Positions 49,390 through 61,567 of a stretch of 64,000 nucleotides of DNA are shown in pieces. The first letter of the stretch is position 1, and each line of letters opens with the position of its first letter. Origin of the DNA: Curvularia clavata (taxonomy: Eukaryota). The stretch is from positions 1,240,001-1,304,000 of the forward strand of contig CP089277.1 in assembly GCA_023920165.1 (NCBI GenBank). The letters run 5' to 3'. The translations under genes and the position numbers were made by a program. The notes below the pieces were generated by a model that ran no database searches, was not told the origin of the DNA, and saw only the letters and a program-made list of their open reading frames with translations.

Positions 49390-50394
49390 TTAGTATTCCC
49401 TCCTCGGTAGATGCGCTCTCCAGATTGGGTCACCTTCCCACTTAACCTGACCTAGTTTCCGGTCCACCTCCAACATAATCTCGCAAAACGGAATCCTCCT
49501 CTTGATACTCAATGTTGTTTGACATTTGTTGCATCCAATGCTAACTCGCTTTGAGAAGCGACTTTCCATCATAGTCTCTTCACGACCACCTAATATAAGT
49601 TCAATAGTTGCTGTATCAGATGTGTTGATATGTGGACAGATCTTGAGATTTATACTCTCCAACGCTTCGTGTGTATCTTGAATCGTGACTCGTTCAGTCC
49701 AGGGTGCGGAGAGCAGCAGGAATGTGGCTCGAAGGGTGACGATCGAGGTTCCAGGGACAAGGGACAGCGTGGGAGGAAGCGGACCCCGGCCTGGACCGTA
49801 CGTCGCATACGCGTTGTCGAAGCATTCCATGCAATGGAAGAAATGCCCATGCTTGTTTTTCTGGCCTTTTTTCTTGTACCTTCTCAGCATGCTGGCAAGC
49901 TCCTGGAAAGTGAATTCGTAGTGTCGACACACGTAGAATGGGCCATCAGTCGTTCGGAAGCATTTGCGCAGGTGTCGTTGCTGAGTCGCTGTTTCGACTG
50001 GGAATCTAGAAGCATTGTGCTGGCGAGAGCACGCCACACAATACATTTGGCCGAGGCCACGTCTTATCCAGGAAAAAAGACAATGGTCTTGACCGTAGAA
50101 GTGGTCTCTGTTCAACCTACAGATGACTTCTTGGGTGAGTACTCGCTGGTGGCCTATGGGGCGAATGGAAAGGATGGCATCGGCGTATTTGTGGCTCGAC
50201 AATGTGAAGCAAAAACGGTCCACATAGTTCAAGAACGTTCCGATGTATTGGACGAGCTCGTACGGCAAAGCGTACAGTGGGCTGTTATGTAAGTTCAGGT
50301 TGTAGTTTTTAGATGCGCGTCGAGCTGCGCTAGACGATGGTATCAGTCTAGAAATTAAACTGTTGTAAACGGTGCCACGCCGGTAGGTGGTCAT
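49390..50394 (-). CDS. Hypothetical F-box-like, Cys/His-rich protein
   Basis: Intronless 334-aa ORF; LYALPYELVQYIGTFL F-box-like segment; CVAC, CMEC, CPH and CNKC motifs. Confidence 0.65.
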   Translation of the reverse strand: MTTYRRGTVYNSLISRLIPSSSAARRASKNYNLNLHNSPLYALPYELVQYIGTFLNYVDRFCFTLSSHKYADAILSIRPIGHQRVLTQEVICRLNRDHFYGQDHCLFSWIRRGLGQMYCVACSRQHNASRFPVETATQQRHLRKCFRTTDGPFYVCRHYEFTFQELASMLRRYKKKGQKNKHGHFFHCMECFDNAYATYGPGRGPLPPTLSLVPGTSIVTLRATFLLLSAPWTERVTIQDTHEALESINLKICPHINTSDTATIELILGGREETMMESRFSKRVSIGCNKCQTTLSIKRRIPFCEIMLEVDRKLGQVKWEGDPIWRAHLPRREY

Positions 50395-51319
50395 GATGGG
50401 TTTTTGACATGAGGGAAGAGGAAGACTCTAAGCCCGCCACTACATTGGCTGGTGCGAACTGTTCATAAAGCATTGGTGGCATCTCCGCCTGTAGTTTGGA
50501 ATGGCTCGTTAAGGGTACATTGTTTCCATGGCTATGAGGTAGTCCAGCAGCCAGTCAGTTAAGTGTGTCGTAATTGCCAAATTCATAGGCGTTTTTAGTG
50601 GTCGAAGAACATGATAATTGAGCAACTCGTTACTTGAAAAAGGCGAACCATGAATAGACAATGGACTTGTCCTGCATTGCTAAGATGGTAATAAATTCAT
50701 ATTGATCGTTGTGGTGGTGTTAAATGTTAGTCACCTTGCGTACTACTGACCTCCATCTGCGCTTCCGACTACCGCAAGATCACAACAAGTCAGCGCAATC
50801 GTATTCCAGCTGCCTGTTATACAAGAAAGTGGACCAAGCAATACGTTGAATACAAGTAAAGCAGAAATCAACGGCTGCCCAAGCAATTTCTTTTCCAAGA
50901 GTTCTAGACTGGCATTCCTCCGACCTTGGGTTCGGGAACTCCTGAATAAGGAAGCCGGTGCCCCTCGCTTCCTCTCCTGGCATGTCGGGGTTCGGGGGAA
51001 AGCCCAACAACCCCACCATAACCCCAGTTACCCCTCACACTCTTGTATGTACGGCCCCGCTTGAAGCTCCTGGAGCCTGACCAAGAGGGATATCGGAGAC
51101 ACAGCGGGCGGGCGCTTGTCTGTTTGGCCCTCGGCACACGTCAAATGACAGGAAAGACTTGGAATTTGGACGGGCGCTATGACGAGATGTCGTCGGATCG
51201 GATGATGAAGGTTGGGGTTGAATTCCTAAATAGAATTTGGCTCCCTCTCACAAGATAATCAACTATCCTTTCTTTTCTTCATTTACGTGTTGCATCGAGT
51301 TGCCTCCAGACAAGTAAAC

Positions 51320-53290
51320 ATGTCGTGTACGCGTTCAAACTTCACATTGCTAACACCTTAAACTGCAATTAAGCTAACAACACTCCAGCGAAACACTTTA
51401 TCCATGACCCTACGCACCTCGTCAATACGGCGCTCCTCAGCATTGCAAAGACAAATCCTTCAGTACAATGTGATATCAACAACAAAATCATCTACCGCAA
51501 GAACGGAGCATCGCAAGTGTCCATCGTCTCTGGCGGTGGCAGTGGTCATGAGCCCTCTTTCGCTTCCTTCGTCGGCGCAGGTCTCCTTTCTGGCGCAGTA
51601 GCAGGCACCATCTTTGCGTCTCCAAGCGCAGAGCAAATACGAAGATGTATCTTGCATCGCATTCAGAAGGACAAAGGTGTCCTTGTAATTGTGATGAACT
51701 ACACCGGCGATGTCCTAAATTTCGGCATGGCTGTAGAAAAGGCACGCGCGGCTGGGATTGATGCTGACATGGTAGTTGTTGGCGACGACGCTGGGGTAGG
51801 TCGAGCGAAGGGTGGAAAGGTAGGACGTAGAGGTATCGCAGGGACCGTACTCGTCCAGAAAATTGCGGGAGCACTCGCAGCCAAAGGGTAAGAAACAATA
51901 CTGGTTAGACGGATGATCCGACGCGAGTTGACTAACAAGGTCCAGTGCGAGCCTCAAGGATGTGACACAAGTAGCGCAACTTGTCGCCGATAATACTGTC
52001 TCTATTGGATCCTCATTAGCACATGTTCATGTGCCGGGTCGTCGAGAGCCTGAAGAAGACGAACTGAAGGATGGCCAGGTAGAGATTGGGATGGGCATTC
52101 ACAACGAAGCCGGCTCGGAGCGCAAATCCACCGACCTTCCTGGTCTCGTGAAAACGATGCTGTCGCACTGTCTCGATGTCGCAGACCAAGATCGGAGTTT
52201 CTCTTCCATCACCGCAAAAGACGAAGTTGTGCTGCTGGTCAATAACTTGGGAGGAGTCAGTCCCCTCGAGCTGGGCGGTATAACGAATGAGGTTGTCGAG
52301 CAATTGGCGGATAACTTCAACATAAAACCCGTCAGAATACTTTCAGGCACTTTTATGACGAGTTTGAACGGTCTCGGCTTCAGCATCAGTCTGCTCAAAG
52401 TAGCAGATACAGGATCGCTAGGCGCCTCCATGCTCGAGCTGCTCGATGCGCCTGCTGAGGCAACTGGCTGGTCCGCAGCAATCAGCAGCAGTACATGGGC
52501 AAGACGTGGAGAGGCAAAGAAGGTCGAAGAAAAAGTAGACGAGGAAGAAGTTCTGCCTAGCGATTTGAGGGGTAAGTACTGTACGAAGACACACGATTTA
52601 TACTAACATTGCATAGTCAACTATGCTCAAGCAAGATCGGCGTTGACGACTGCACTAAACAAGCTCATCACTGCCGAGCCAGATGTCACCAGATACGATA
52701 CAATCGTGGGAGATGGCGATTGTGGGATTGGACTGAAACGTGGCGCAGAAGGTTAAGCTCTTAATCGCATATGCATTGTTGCCTAATGCTGACATCTTAA
52801 AGCAATTCTGAAAATGCTCGAGACGGCAAAGGAAACGGATGATCTGCTGATCCTTGTGAACAATATAATTCAAGTGGTCGAAGTAGCGATGGACGGAACG
52901 TCTGGCGCAATTTACGCCATCTTCCTGAATGCACTAGCTCACGGACTGCGAAAACATTCGCCTTCTTCCCCTCAGCCCGTCACCCCTGCGATTTGGGCCA
53001 AGGCCCTCGACTCATCGCTCAGAGCACTTGGCAAATACACGCCTGCAAAGCCTGGGGATCGAACGTTAATGGATGCTTTATATCCGTTTGTTGAGACGCT
53101 ATCCAAAACAGAAGATATCGACCAGGCAGCCAAAGCAGCGCAGGAAGGGGCGCAAGGAACGAAGGGAATGAAAGCGAGTTTGGGACGGACGGTGTATGTT
53201 GGAGGCGAAGGGTTCCAGGAAGTCCCTGACCCAGGAGCGCACGGTCTTGCTGAGCTTCTGCTGGGTCTGAGTGACGGACTGAAGAAGTAG
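51320..53290 (+). CDS. DAK1: Dihydroxyacetone kinase (DhaK-DhaL fusion), multi-exon
   Basis: SGGGSGHEP, NYTGDVLNF, VGRRGIAG, EIGMGIHNE, VGDGDCG, MDGTSGA, GDRTLMDAL, PDPGA. Confidence 0.96.
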
Positions 53291-53435
53291 AAACTGAGGG
53301 GTATCGTTGCTTGATTCGTTCGGTGGCCATCGCCGGCTTCGCGGCGGCGATTATATAACTTTTAATGCATTCGAACTCTAAATCGTGCGCGTCCATCTTG
53401 CACTTCCGTCTCAACACTAGGGCGCGTCCAGATTC

Positions 53436-53948
53436 TTATGACAGCAAAACAAGAATCACTGAATCTCCTCGAAGAAACCTAACTAGAGTTAGCCGGTTGT
53501 GGAAAATAGGTATATTCCTCCCACTTACAGCTTGGAAATGAACCGATCCTTGTTAACCTTCCTTCCGTAGCTGCCATTGGCTAACCGCGGAGTCTCGGTC
53601 CACATCTCCTTAGCGTTCTCAAGGACCATGTTGCAGTGGCGGTCGAAGGCTTTTACACGTGCGAGAATCTTGCGGTTGTTTCGGCATGAGATTAGAACTT
53701 GGGTGCGCGTGCGAACGGCGGTCTGGAGAATAGAAAGAGGACCGGTGGTGAGCTCATGCTCTTCGACTTGGGCGACTTCATATTCTCTGTACGGCAATGT
53801 CAGCATCTCTGCACCATTGAGTAGCATGGGGGGTAAACATACGTCAATTCAGAGCGTGGCTTGGAGAGAAGCTCCCTGTAAGGTATTAGTACTGAGCTTG
53901 CTCCTGTAGCTAGGGTGATTCTACGCACTGGATCTTCGCGTCAACCAT
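53436..53948 (-). CDS. SMD2: snRNP core protein Sm D2 (4 exons)
   Basis: [44 protein letters not shown]...[19 protein letters not shown]. Confidence 0.96.
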
Positions 53949-54276
53949 CTTGTCGAGTAGTGTAGAAAATGGAGAGGAGGTCTCAAAGAAAAGGAGTTTC
54001 TGTATCTGGATACTGTTAATATCTTGAGTCCTCAGCTTCTGCCTACGAATTTTGATATGCAGCTCGAACAAGTAGTGCGCAGGGATGAAGTCGAGCAAAA
54101 GAAGCGCACAGACCAGGGGCGGAAAGACTGACCTAGTATGAAGAGGGAGAAACACCACAGCAACGAGCTTGGGTGAGGTGGAGCGGTCGGCGATAGAGGT
54201 GAAGCAGCGATGAAGTGATCGAGCTTGGCCGGCACGATGCTGGGGCTGCAGTTTTTCCGATCCCGGGCCAATCAAC

Positions 54277-54571
54277 ACGCGTCAGAGTGTGGGGCAGCAG
54301 GGCTGGATCCAAGGTGCGTCACGCGTCTTTGCCCTACCGGCGTTAGCGCGCCGCGGATAGCTCGAAACCTACGAGCTCGTGCCTCCATCTTCACTTTCAC
54401 CGCACGACCTCATTAACGACTCCCTTTTGATTCCCCTTCTCTCGCTTATCCACGCGTTCTGCTGCCTGTTTCGCCTCCCCCGTGTACTGGAATACATAAG
54501 GACCCTTTTCCTCGCTCCAATTTGCCCCCAACTCGCCTCTAGCCTTGCTTCTTTGTTCACTAAGAACGCGT
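54277..54571. promoter_or_regulatory. Cluster of four MCB (ACGCGT) elements in the SMD2/ams2 divergent promoter
   Basis: ACGCGT at 54277, 54321, 54452 and 54566. Confidence 0.55.
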
Positions 54572-54696
54572 CCGCGATGATCCCACGCCAGCCACCGACC
54601 ACGATACGATATTGATCACTTCGCGTCCACCTGCGACGCTCTTCTCTTCTTGCACGACACGGCCTGCCTATCCATTTGTCAACTCCGTAGGCAGCC

Positions 54697-57600
54697 ATGT
54701 CGACTCCCTCAAGCATCTCGCCAGAGACTGGTGCTATGCAGCACGCACCTTCTCCTGCTGCTGGCGCTGATGATGGCGTCATGGACGAAATCCCGCGCCG
54801 ACAAATGCGAGGTAAACAAACTCAGCCTGACGTCACGCTCTGATCTGACATAGCTGTCTCTCTAGTCAAGGTCTTGTACACATTTGATGACCAGAACAAA
54901 TCAAACTGTCTTGCTCGTCTGCCAAACGTCCTGGATGTACCTGTCGTTTCGCTGGACGAGACTACCGAGGTGGGAGTCATCGAACTCAAGACGTGCATTC
55001 AGGCTATTGTCACTGCAAGGTAGGATACAGGCACCGCTCATTGATCAGATAGAACGTATCGCTGACTGCTACAGCCCCGAGCTCGTAGCCAAACTAGGCC
55101 ACGATTACACCGTGTACGCCTATGACTTTTCTGAGTACGAAACACCGCTTGTCGGACAGGGCATGCTGTCATGGCTTCTTGCGTCTGCGTCATCAACACC
55201 CAATGCCCCCGCCAAGGATTCCCAAACCATGGTCACTGGTCGCGTGTGCAAAAATATCCTCGGCATTTTTTCCAACGGTGTCAAGGAGACACTAGAAGTC
55301 AAGTTGAAATTGGTGCCTGTTCCGACGTGCATGCAGAAAGAATATGTGGAGAATATGGAGCGATATCACAGCCTCAGCCAGCTGATGCCTGAGGGGTTTG
55401 ATTACAATGCCTGGTCCGACTTCCTGAAAGAGAACCCTATGCTTGGTCACCTGGCTCAGCCGACTAAAAGCCACTCCGCCCAGCCTTCGCCACGTCATTC
55501 TGTTGGTGGCGTTGAACCTTTCCATCAAATGCTTACCCGCCAAAGCCCATCCCAGGAGCCGCTTCGTAACGAATCTTTTTACGACCAACCGAATACCCCC
55601 TTCATGTCCCAACCGACTAGACCTTCCAGCCCTGCCATGAGTACAATCTCATTCCATCACTACCAGTACAACCTTCCTTCACGCCCGACGTCACGAGCTT
55701 CTGTCCGTAGCGAAGTCGCCCCACCCACTCAACAACATCAGTTCAGCGATCCGTATGTTGTGGAGCCACAAGATGACGGTCCCCCAAAGAAGAGGGCTCG
55801 GATAACACAGACTACGAGGCCAAGGAACACGCCTTTGACTGCTCATAACGATTCACTTAGGGTTACTGCTAGCACCGCAGCGTCAGTCCGTCTTCTCAAG
55901 CCAGCCCTCAGTGCTTCAGGAGCTGCCACAGAGATGGTCCCACGCGCACCCACTCCACGTCCAGGCGATAAAATAGGCCATCGAGGATATCGTCGTCTGC
56001 CAGCGCCAAGCGCTCTAAGACACGCATCAATGGACGGAGGCAGGCCATACATGTCCCCTTACGAGCCTAGCACCTTTTCGGATAATGCGATGGAATCTGC
56101 AGATGAAAGAGAAGCAAGTCCCAGCGAGACTCCCAAAGACATGCCCTCGTCGCCCCCGATTGCACCCCGCCGCACTATATCCCCGGCTCCTTCTAGTCCG
56201 AACCTACCAACGCTACCTCTTAATGATTCAGGCTTTGTTAGCGACATACCGACGAGCAGGGATGCGGATGGGATGAACTGCGGGGACAGCTCATGGCCAG
56301 GCCATGGAGCAATGCAATATCGCCGGGGATCAGCCATACAGCCAATCACTGAAAGCATCGAAATGAACATGGGCGGCACACAGCCATTCGACTTTGATGC
56401 CATGGACCCGGACGTTCTCAACTGCGTATATTTCCAAGGACAAAACACGAATCAACCAGATCTTCTTTCAAAAATGGCAATTAATGAGCAGGATAACAAT
56501 TCTGTCAGTGGACGACCTACCACTGGTGATACATTCACATCTGGATCTATGGGGAAGGCTCAGTCTCGGGAAAAGTCACGCGCAACAGTCTCTACTGCTG
56601 GTTCACCTGATGGCATAGTAGCGCAAATATCCCCACCTGCTGAAAGCGAAGCGCAAGTGTACAGCCGTTCCGCCACTCCAAACCTACCAGCGAAACAACC
56701 TAAACAACCCAAATCTCGAGGGCTTCCGAGGTCGCAAACCTGGTCTGGAGCTTGTGAACCTATGTCTGACGCCCCGACGCCCTCAGAATGTGGCTACACC
56801 CGAAGCGGCTCCGGTGCTAAGAGGAAGCGCTACATCAAAGATCGACTGGACGCTGCTATCAGAAAAGGCGAAATGCCACCACACTGTGTGAACTGCGGAG
56901 AAATTGATACACCTACGTGGAGAAAAGCTTACACACGAGTGGAAACTGGCTCTCCGAGCGGTATCGAGCTGTCTACAGACTCCGGTAGCACCGACATCAT
57001 TGCTTACGAAGTAATTGAGCCTACTCCTGAGACTGACGGTGAGCCAAAATACCGCATCTTCAAGAACAACTTGACTCGTAAAGACAAGGATATGATGGCA
57101 GCAAAGGCACATGATGCTTTCCAAGAACTCAATCTGTGCAACCCATGTGGACTATGGCTCATCAAGAAATTTTCCATGCGGCCGCAGAAAGTGTGGGACA
57201 GGTCAGCACGACTAGCAAAGCGAAAGAGGGAACAGAAAATAGGAGCACGTTCCAAATCTACTATGGGTGATGAGCTTATGTCGGACGCTATCTTGCCAGA
57301 AACGGAATCCGGCATGCCAGCTGAGCAAGAGCTAGGCGCAACATACGATGGAGTGATGGCACCACCAAAAGTTCCATCTGGTACACATGAAATGGATGAA
57401 GGTAACGCACAAGCTGCCTTCAGACGAGCTATCCAGTCCAGTCCTGCTGGTGTGAGAGGAAGTAAGGTTTTGCCCATCAACCTTGAGCACGATCTTACAC
57501 CAAAACCTACACGGCGAATATTATTCCCTTCGCCTCGGAAGCAAAGTCAGCGCAAGAGCCTGGGCCAACAAGCGCCTCCTGTTGCTACTCCCATGCACGT

Positions 57601-58594
57601 TCATGACGATGATGCGCCGAAGAAACCCCGTTGCCAGCGGTGTAAAGAACTCAAGCGGGCTTGCGACCGAGAACGGCCGTGTGGTCGATGCGAGAACGCT
57701 GGAATAGGTTACGACGGTTGTATCCCCTGCGAGACAAAGAAAACGAACTGGTTTGAGCGGCCTGTAGTACAAGCAGCGGTGGTTGAGCAAGAGAATCCTG
57801 ACAAAGAAAACTGTCCGCCACCACCTGCAATGGAAACTGACGAGCTCGCCCACCTTTTCGAGGAATCCCGGTCTCCAAACAAAACGCCAAAACAAGATCG
57901 GATATCTGAAGATCTCCTAAAGACCCCCACACCCGGTACTCGACAGCGCATCGCCCTGACGCCGAGACGAGGTGTTGATAACGGCGAGGTTCCTACGACC
58001 CCCTCACGGAGCAATCGTGCCGCAACTGCTGCTCCAGACACTCCGTTTACGCGCCAGCTTAATGCTCTTTTGTCTGACCATCCTATCTCATCACCGTCTC
58101 AAAGTTTCGACTTTTCCAATTTTCCCATCTTCACTCCTCCTGGCCATAGCAGTGTACAGTTCAGCGAACTTCTACCTGACGACTTTCTTTCCAGCGACAT
58201 GCCTATGAGTAGTTCACCATCAAAAACGGGGTCCTTAGGCGTAGGCTTTGATCTTTACGAGGACCCGAATACATCTACTGCTGGGATGTGGAATGGAGAG
58301 AACATCTTTGACAATGAAGCCATGTTGATGACCATGGAGAACGGTTCCAAACGCTCTAGTGCGGACCTCAATAGTGGCTCCGACGCAGCTGCGCTGCTGA
58401 AGATGAACGTGGGTGGCATAACTGTTGACTTTGCAGCGATGATCGAAGAAGTCGTTGGTGCTGCCAACAAAGACACTGACGCACACGAGGACGAAGGCGA
58501 GTCGATGGTGAACGGCGTTGAATCTGCGCACAAAAGCATGGAAGTGGAGAGCGAGGGTGCCGGTAGTACACCTGAAGAGCCCACTTCTGTTTAG
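54697..58594 (+). CDS. ams2: Ams2/Spt21-like GATA-type transcription factor (introns 54812-54865 and 55020-55074) with an extra Zn2Cys6-like cluster
   Basis: VKVLYTFD...CLAR...SPELV...DYTVYAYDFSEYETPLVGQGMLSW N-terminal domain; CVNCGEIDTPTWRK...LCNPCGLWL GATA-like finger. Confidence 0.8.
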
Positions 58595-58811
58595 GCTTGT
58601 CTACTGATTCATTTTATGGCGGCATGGTTTCTCTTTATGTGCCCGTTTTTATTGTATTTTGTCATTGTGGGAGGCGTCCAGCGATTTAGTAAGTTCATGC
58701 TGTAGCGTATAGATGCCACGAGGAAACGAGGCACACGATTACTTTCTGTACAATAGTCTTTCGTAACAGATGCGGCACAGCTCTGTAGGTAGTTCAAAAC
58801 CTGAGGCACGA

Positions 58812-59022
58812 GTTTTAGTAACAGGGTAGCGTATTAGATGCACCCTTGGAGGATACCCAATGAATACATTTGGATATTACTTTGTCTTTTTTTTTTATTG
58901 TCACAACCGGCTCGCCTGCGGCGATTGGCCTATCAATAGTATCCCAAACAAACGGCAGGCCGCCCATTAGCCCACCAAAAATCAAAGATCAAAAGCACTG
59001 TCTAAATGGAGATTCAAACGTG
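58812..59022 (+). repeat. Degenerate direct repeat, copy 1
   Basis: Aligns by eye with 61568-61760 (AGGGTAGCGTA.AGA.GCACCCTTGGA; ATTGGCCTATCAA.AGTATC). Confidence 0.8.
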
Positions 59023-59795
59023 AGAATCAACTATTAAGAGACTTGACACTAGAAGTCTTATAACGTTACTACTTCTACTGAAGATCTATACTCTTAAGAT
59101 ATTGCTGACCGCGCAAGAGGTGCTTTGCAAAGAAATGAAGAGCGGAGGATGCTTAAGGATAAAGGTTTCTATCCTGAGATTTTATACTCTGCTCAACCGT
59201 AGCTGCATTTATTGCAGGGAAGGGTATGGCTGGCATGTCCCCACGCAGAGTTTTCCGCTACACATGGAGGGGTAGTAATTCTTTACTGAAGACAATTTTC
59301 TTTGTGTTAATACGTTACAGTTCTCTCCCCATTTTGGATATAGCGTGCTGGTATGAATTTAGCACAGACCACCACTACCCAACTTTCTCTGTATCTCTTT
59401 CGTATCCCTTTCCGGGAAGCCCTCTCTTTATATCCCTTTCTATGTATTCCTTTGCTTTGATACTTCTGCTTATTTTGGGTATCTGGGCTATTACATAGTA
59501 AAATATTTCTATCGTAGCAAGATGAACATGTAACAGTGAGGCAACTGGAGAAGAGTAAGAGAACTATAGTATCTTGATTGGAATTTCATACATATGCAGG
59601 CCAGTTGATTCCTCACTGAAAACAGGCTTCTTTGTACAGACACGCATCTAGCTTCTTTGCGATGGTGCACGAGCCAGAACACTTCTCATCAACAAACACC
59701 TTTGTAGAATAAATAGTGTGCTTTGTTCATCCCACAACACCTACACCAACTTACACCACAGAACACAAAACCTGTTCACTTCATGTACATTTATC

Positions 59796-61154
59796 ATGGG
59801 TGTCAACTCACGTGTTGTCAAAACAGTGGCCCGTAAAAGGCAACCTCAAAAAACGAAGATCACAACTCCTATTCGAAGAAGTGAACGCATCCGGCAACGT
59901 CTTGCGCAAGAGAAAAACGCCCAAGACACCCAAATTCGTCCTCCCATAGTTAAGAAACCCTCATATCCAAAGCGCAAGCAGCCCAATAAACCACGTCAAC
60001 GGGACCAACCCGTAGAAAAGGCGCAGCGACTGTCTTCTGACACAGCGGAGCGAGCACACGATGAGAGCGCACACGACGACCAGAGCATGGACAGCTTCGA
60101 CGCTATCGACTACTGGCGAGAACATCGAGAATGGCCACAGCGGTATCTCAAGGCAAAAGCTGCTAAGACGGAAGTGAAATTGCATGAGAAAGTACGTGAG
60201 AAGCGGGGATTACCGTGGCCGATACCGAAAGCTAAAGAGACACCCTCAATTACGGACGTCGACGAGTCTGTTGATTATGATGAGTATGATCTTAAAAGAG
60301 AGAATATTTTCCTGAAGAATCATGCAGTCGGCCTTCCAGATGAGGTGAAACAACAATGCGATGATTTTTTTCAAAGAGAAGAGCCGGAACCCAAAAATAC
60401 CTTGTTCGACATTGACATATTCCCTGTTGTCCTCCAAATGCTTCGTCTGGGAAACGAAGCTCGGATCATTCGTGACATCACAATGTTGTTAGTTCCTTCG
60501 GCGGAGATACTAACAATTCGTCGCCCTAGAGAGGAAAGGATTTTCGTGGAGACTACCGATGAATTATGGACCGATATGATTCCAATATTACATCCTCGCC
60601 CGCGACCACTCTATGGAGTAGGATTTCGAAAAAAAGCCTTTTCGGAGGATCAGATTAAGCGGTTGGAGCAATTTGTCGGATCTGTAGGGTGCAGGTACGA
60701 GTCGTACTTCAAAACTACTTTTCTCATGTACTTCCCCTTCCTCACCTGCTACTTCAATGAGGTTCTAAACACCGCCGACCGGCACGGTGCCCACGCTGCG
60801 GCGATCGCGGTACGTGCTGTGGTGGAGCTGTTCCGGCTTGTCAAGCGCGAGAAGGAGGTCGACCGTCAGGTTTTGGCATTCTCAATTTCGCATCACGACT
60901 GCGCTGTCCGCATCTGGGGCTACTATCCGGTCATTGATGGAGATAGCACGCAGTACTACCGCCATGGAATCGATGGTTTCGATTTTGAGGTAAGGGATGG
61001 CAGGCGAAGGTGGGATACCTACAAATTTACGAGGAACGTCTATGATAAGTGGGCACCGAAACACCTGAAGCGCATCTGCTCCGCTATTGATCTCATTCCC
61101 TGTAATTCTGAGGGTAATTCTGAGGATGATTCTGAGGATGAGGATAGATATTGA
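59796..61154 (+). CDS. Fungal nuclease-fold-like hypothetical protein (resembles the DUF7924 family)
   Basis: Intronless ORF; NEARIIRDITMLLVPSAE, GFRKKAFSEDQ, YFPFLTC, LAFSISH, VRIWGYYPVIDG, YKFTRNVYD, HLKRICSAID. Confidence 0.75.
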   Translation: MGVNSRVVKTVARKRQPQKTKITTPIRRSERIRQRLAQEKNAQDTQIRPPIVKKPSYPKRKQPNKPRQRDQPVEKAQRLSSDTAERAHDESAHDDQSMDSFDAIDYWREHREWPQRYLKAKAAKTEVKLHEKVREKRGLPWPIPKAKETPSITDVDESVDYDEYDLKRENIFLKNHAVGLPDEVKQQCDDFFQREEPEPKNTLFDIDIFPVVLQMLRLGNEARIIRDITMLLVPSAEILTIRRPREERIFVETTDELWTDMIPILHPRPRPLYGVGFRKKAFSEDQIKRLEQFVGSVGCRYESYFKTTFLMYFPFLTCYFNEVLNTADRHGAHAAAIAVRAVVELFRLVKREKEVDRQVLAFSISHHDCAVRIWGYYPVIDGDSTQYYRHGIDGFDFEVRDGRRRWDTYKFTRNVYDKWAPKHLKRICSAIDLIPCNSEGNSEDDSEDEDRY

Positions 61155-61567
61155 TAGTGGAGGCGGTCCTCGACGCTCAAGAGGACCAAGGTGAAGAAGT
61201 AGCGACAATCTTCTCGTCAGGCCATGAGTCCAGCTGCCCAGCAAATGCATATGGCTGCTGGTCTCACTGCCCTTCCATCTCATCTGCCGCTGGCCGCTTT
61301 CGCTGTGTTGTTTCGCCAATTGCTCTTTGTTGCTTAGATTTACTGCTGGATTTGATGTTGGGTTTGCTGTTCAGCTTTGCTTCTGTTTTCTTTGCATTTA
61401 CTAGTTGGTTTATTCCACAAACTTCGCTAGTTTTCTATTTTCTGCTGTCTTCAACATAAATTTCTTGAAGACCAGCTAAGCACACGGACATGGAGGGGTA
61501 CATGGAGCCTTAAGCCTAGGAGTAATACTATCAACTTCTAGAAGAATGTTATCTCTAGTCTCTATCT

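Noticed and set aside
30917..53948. Three Sm/LSm-fold genes (LSM3, EDC3, SMD2) within 23 kb as a functional cluster
   Set aside because: Interspersed with unrelated genes; chance proximity is sufficient
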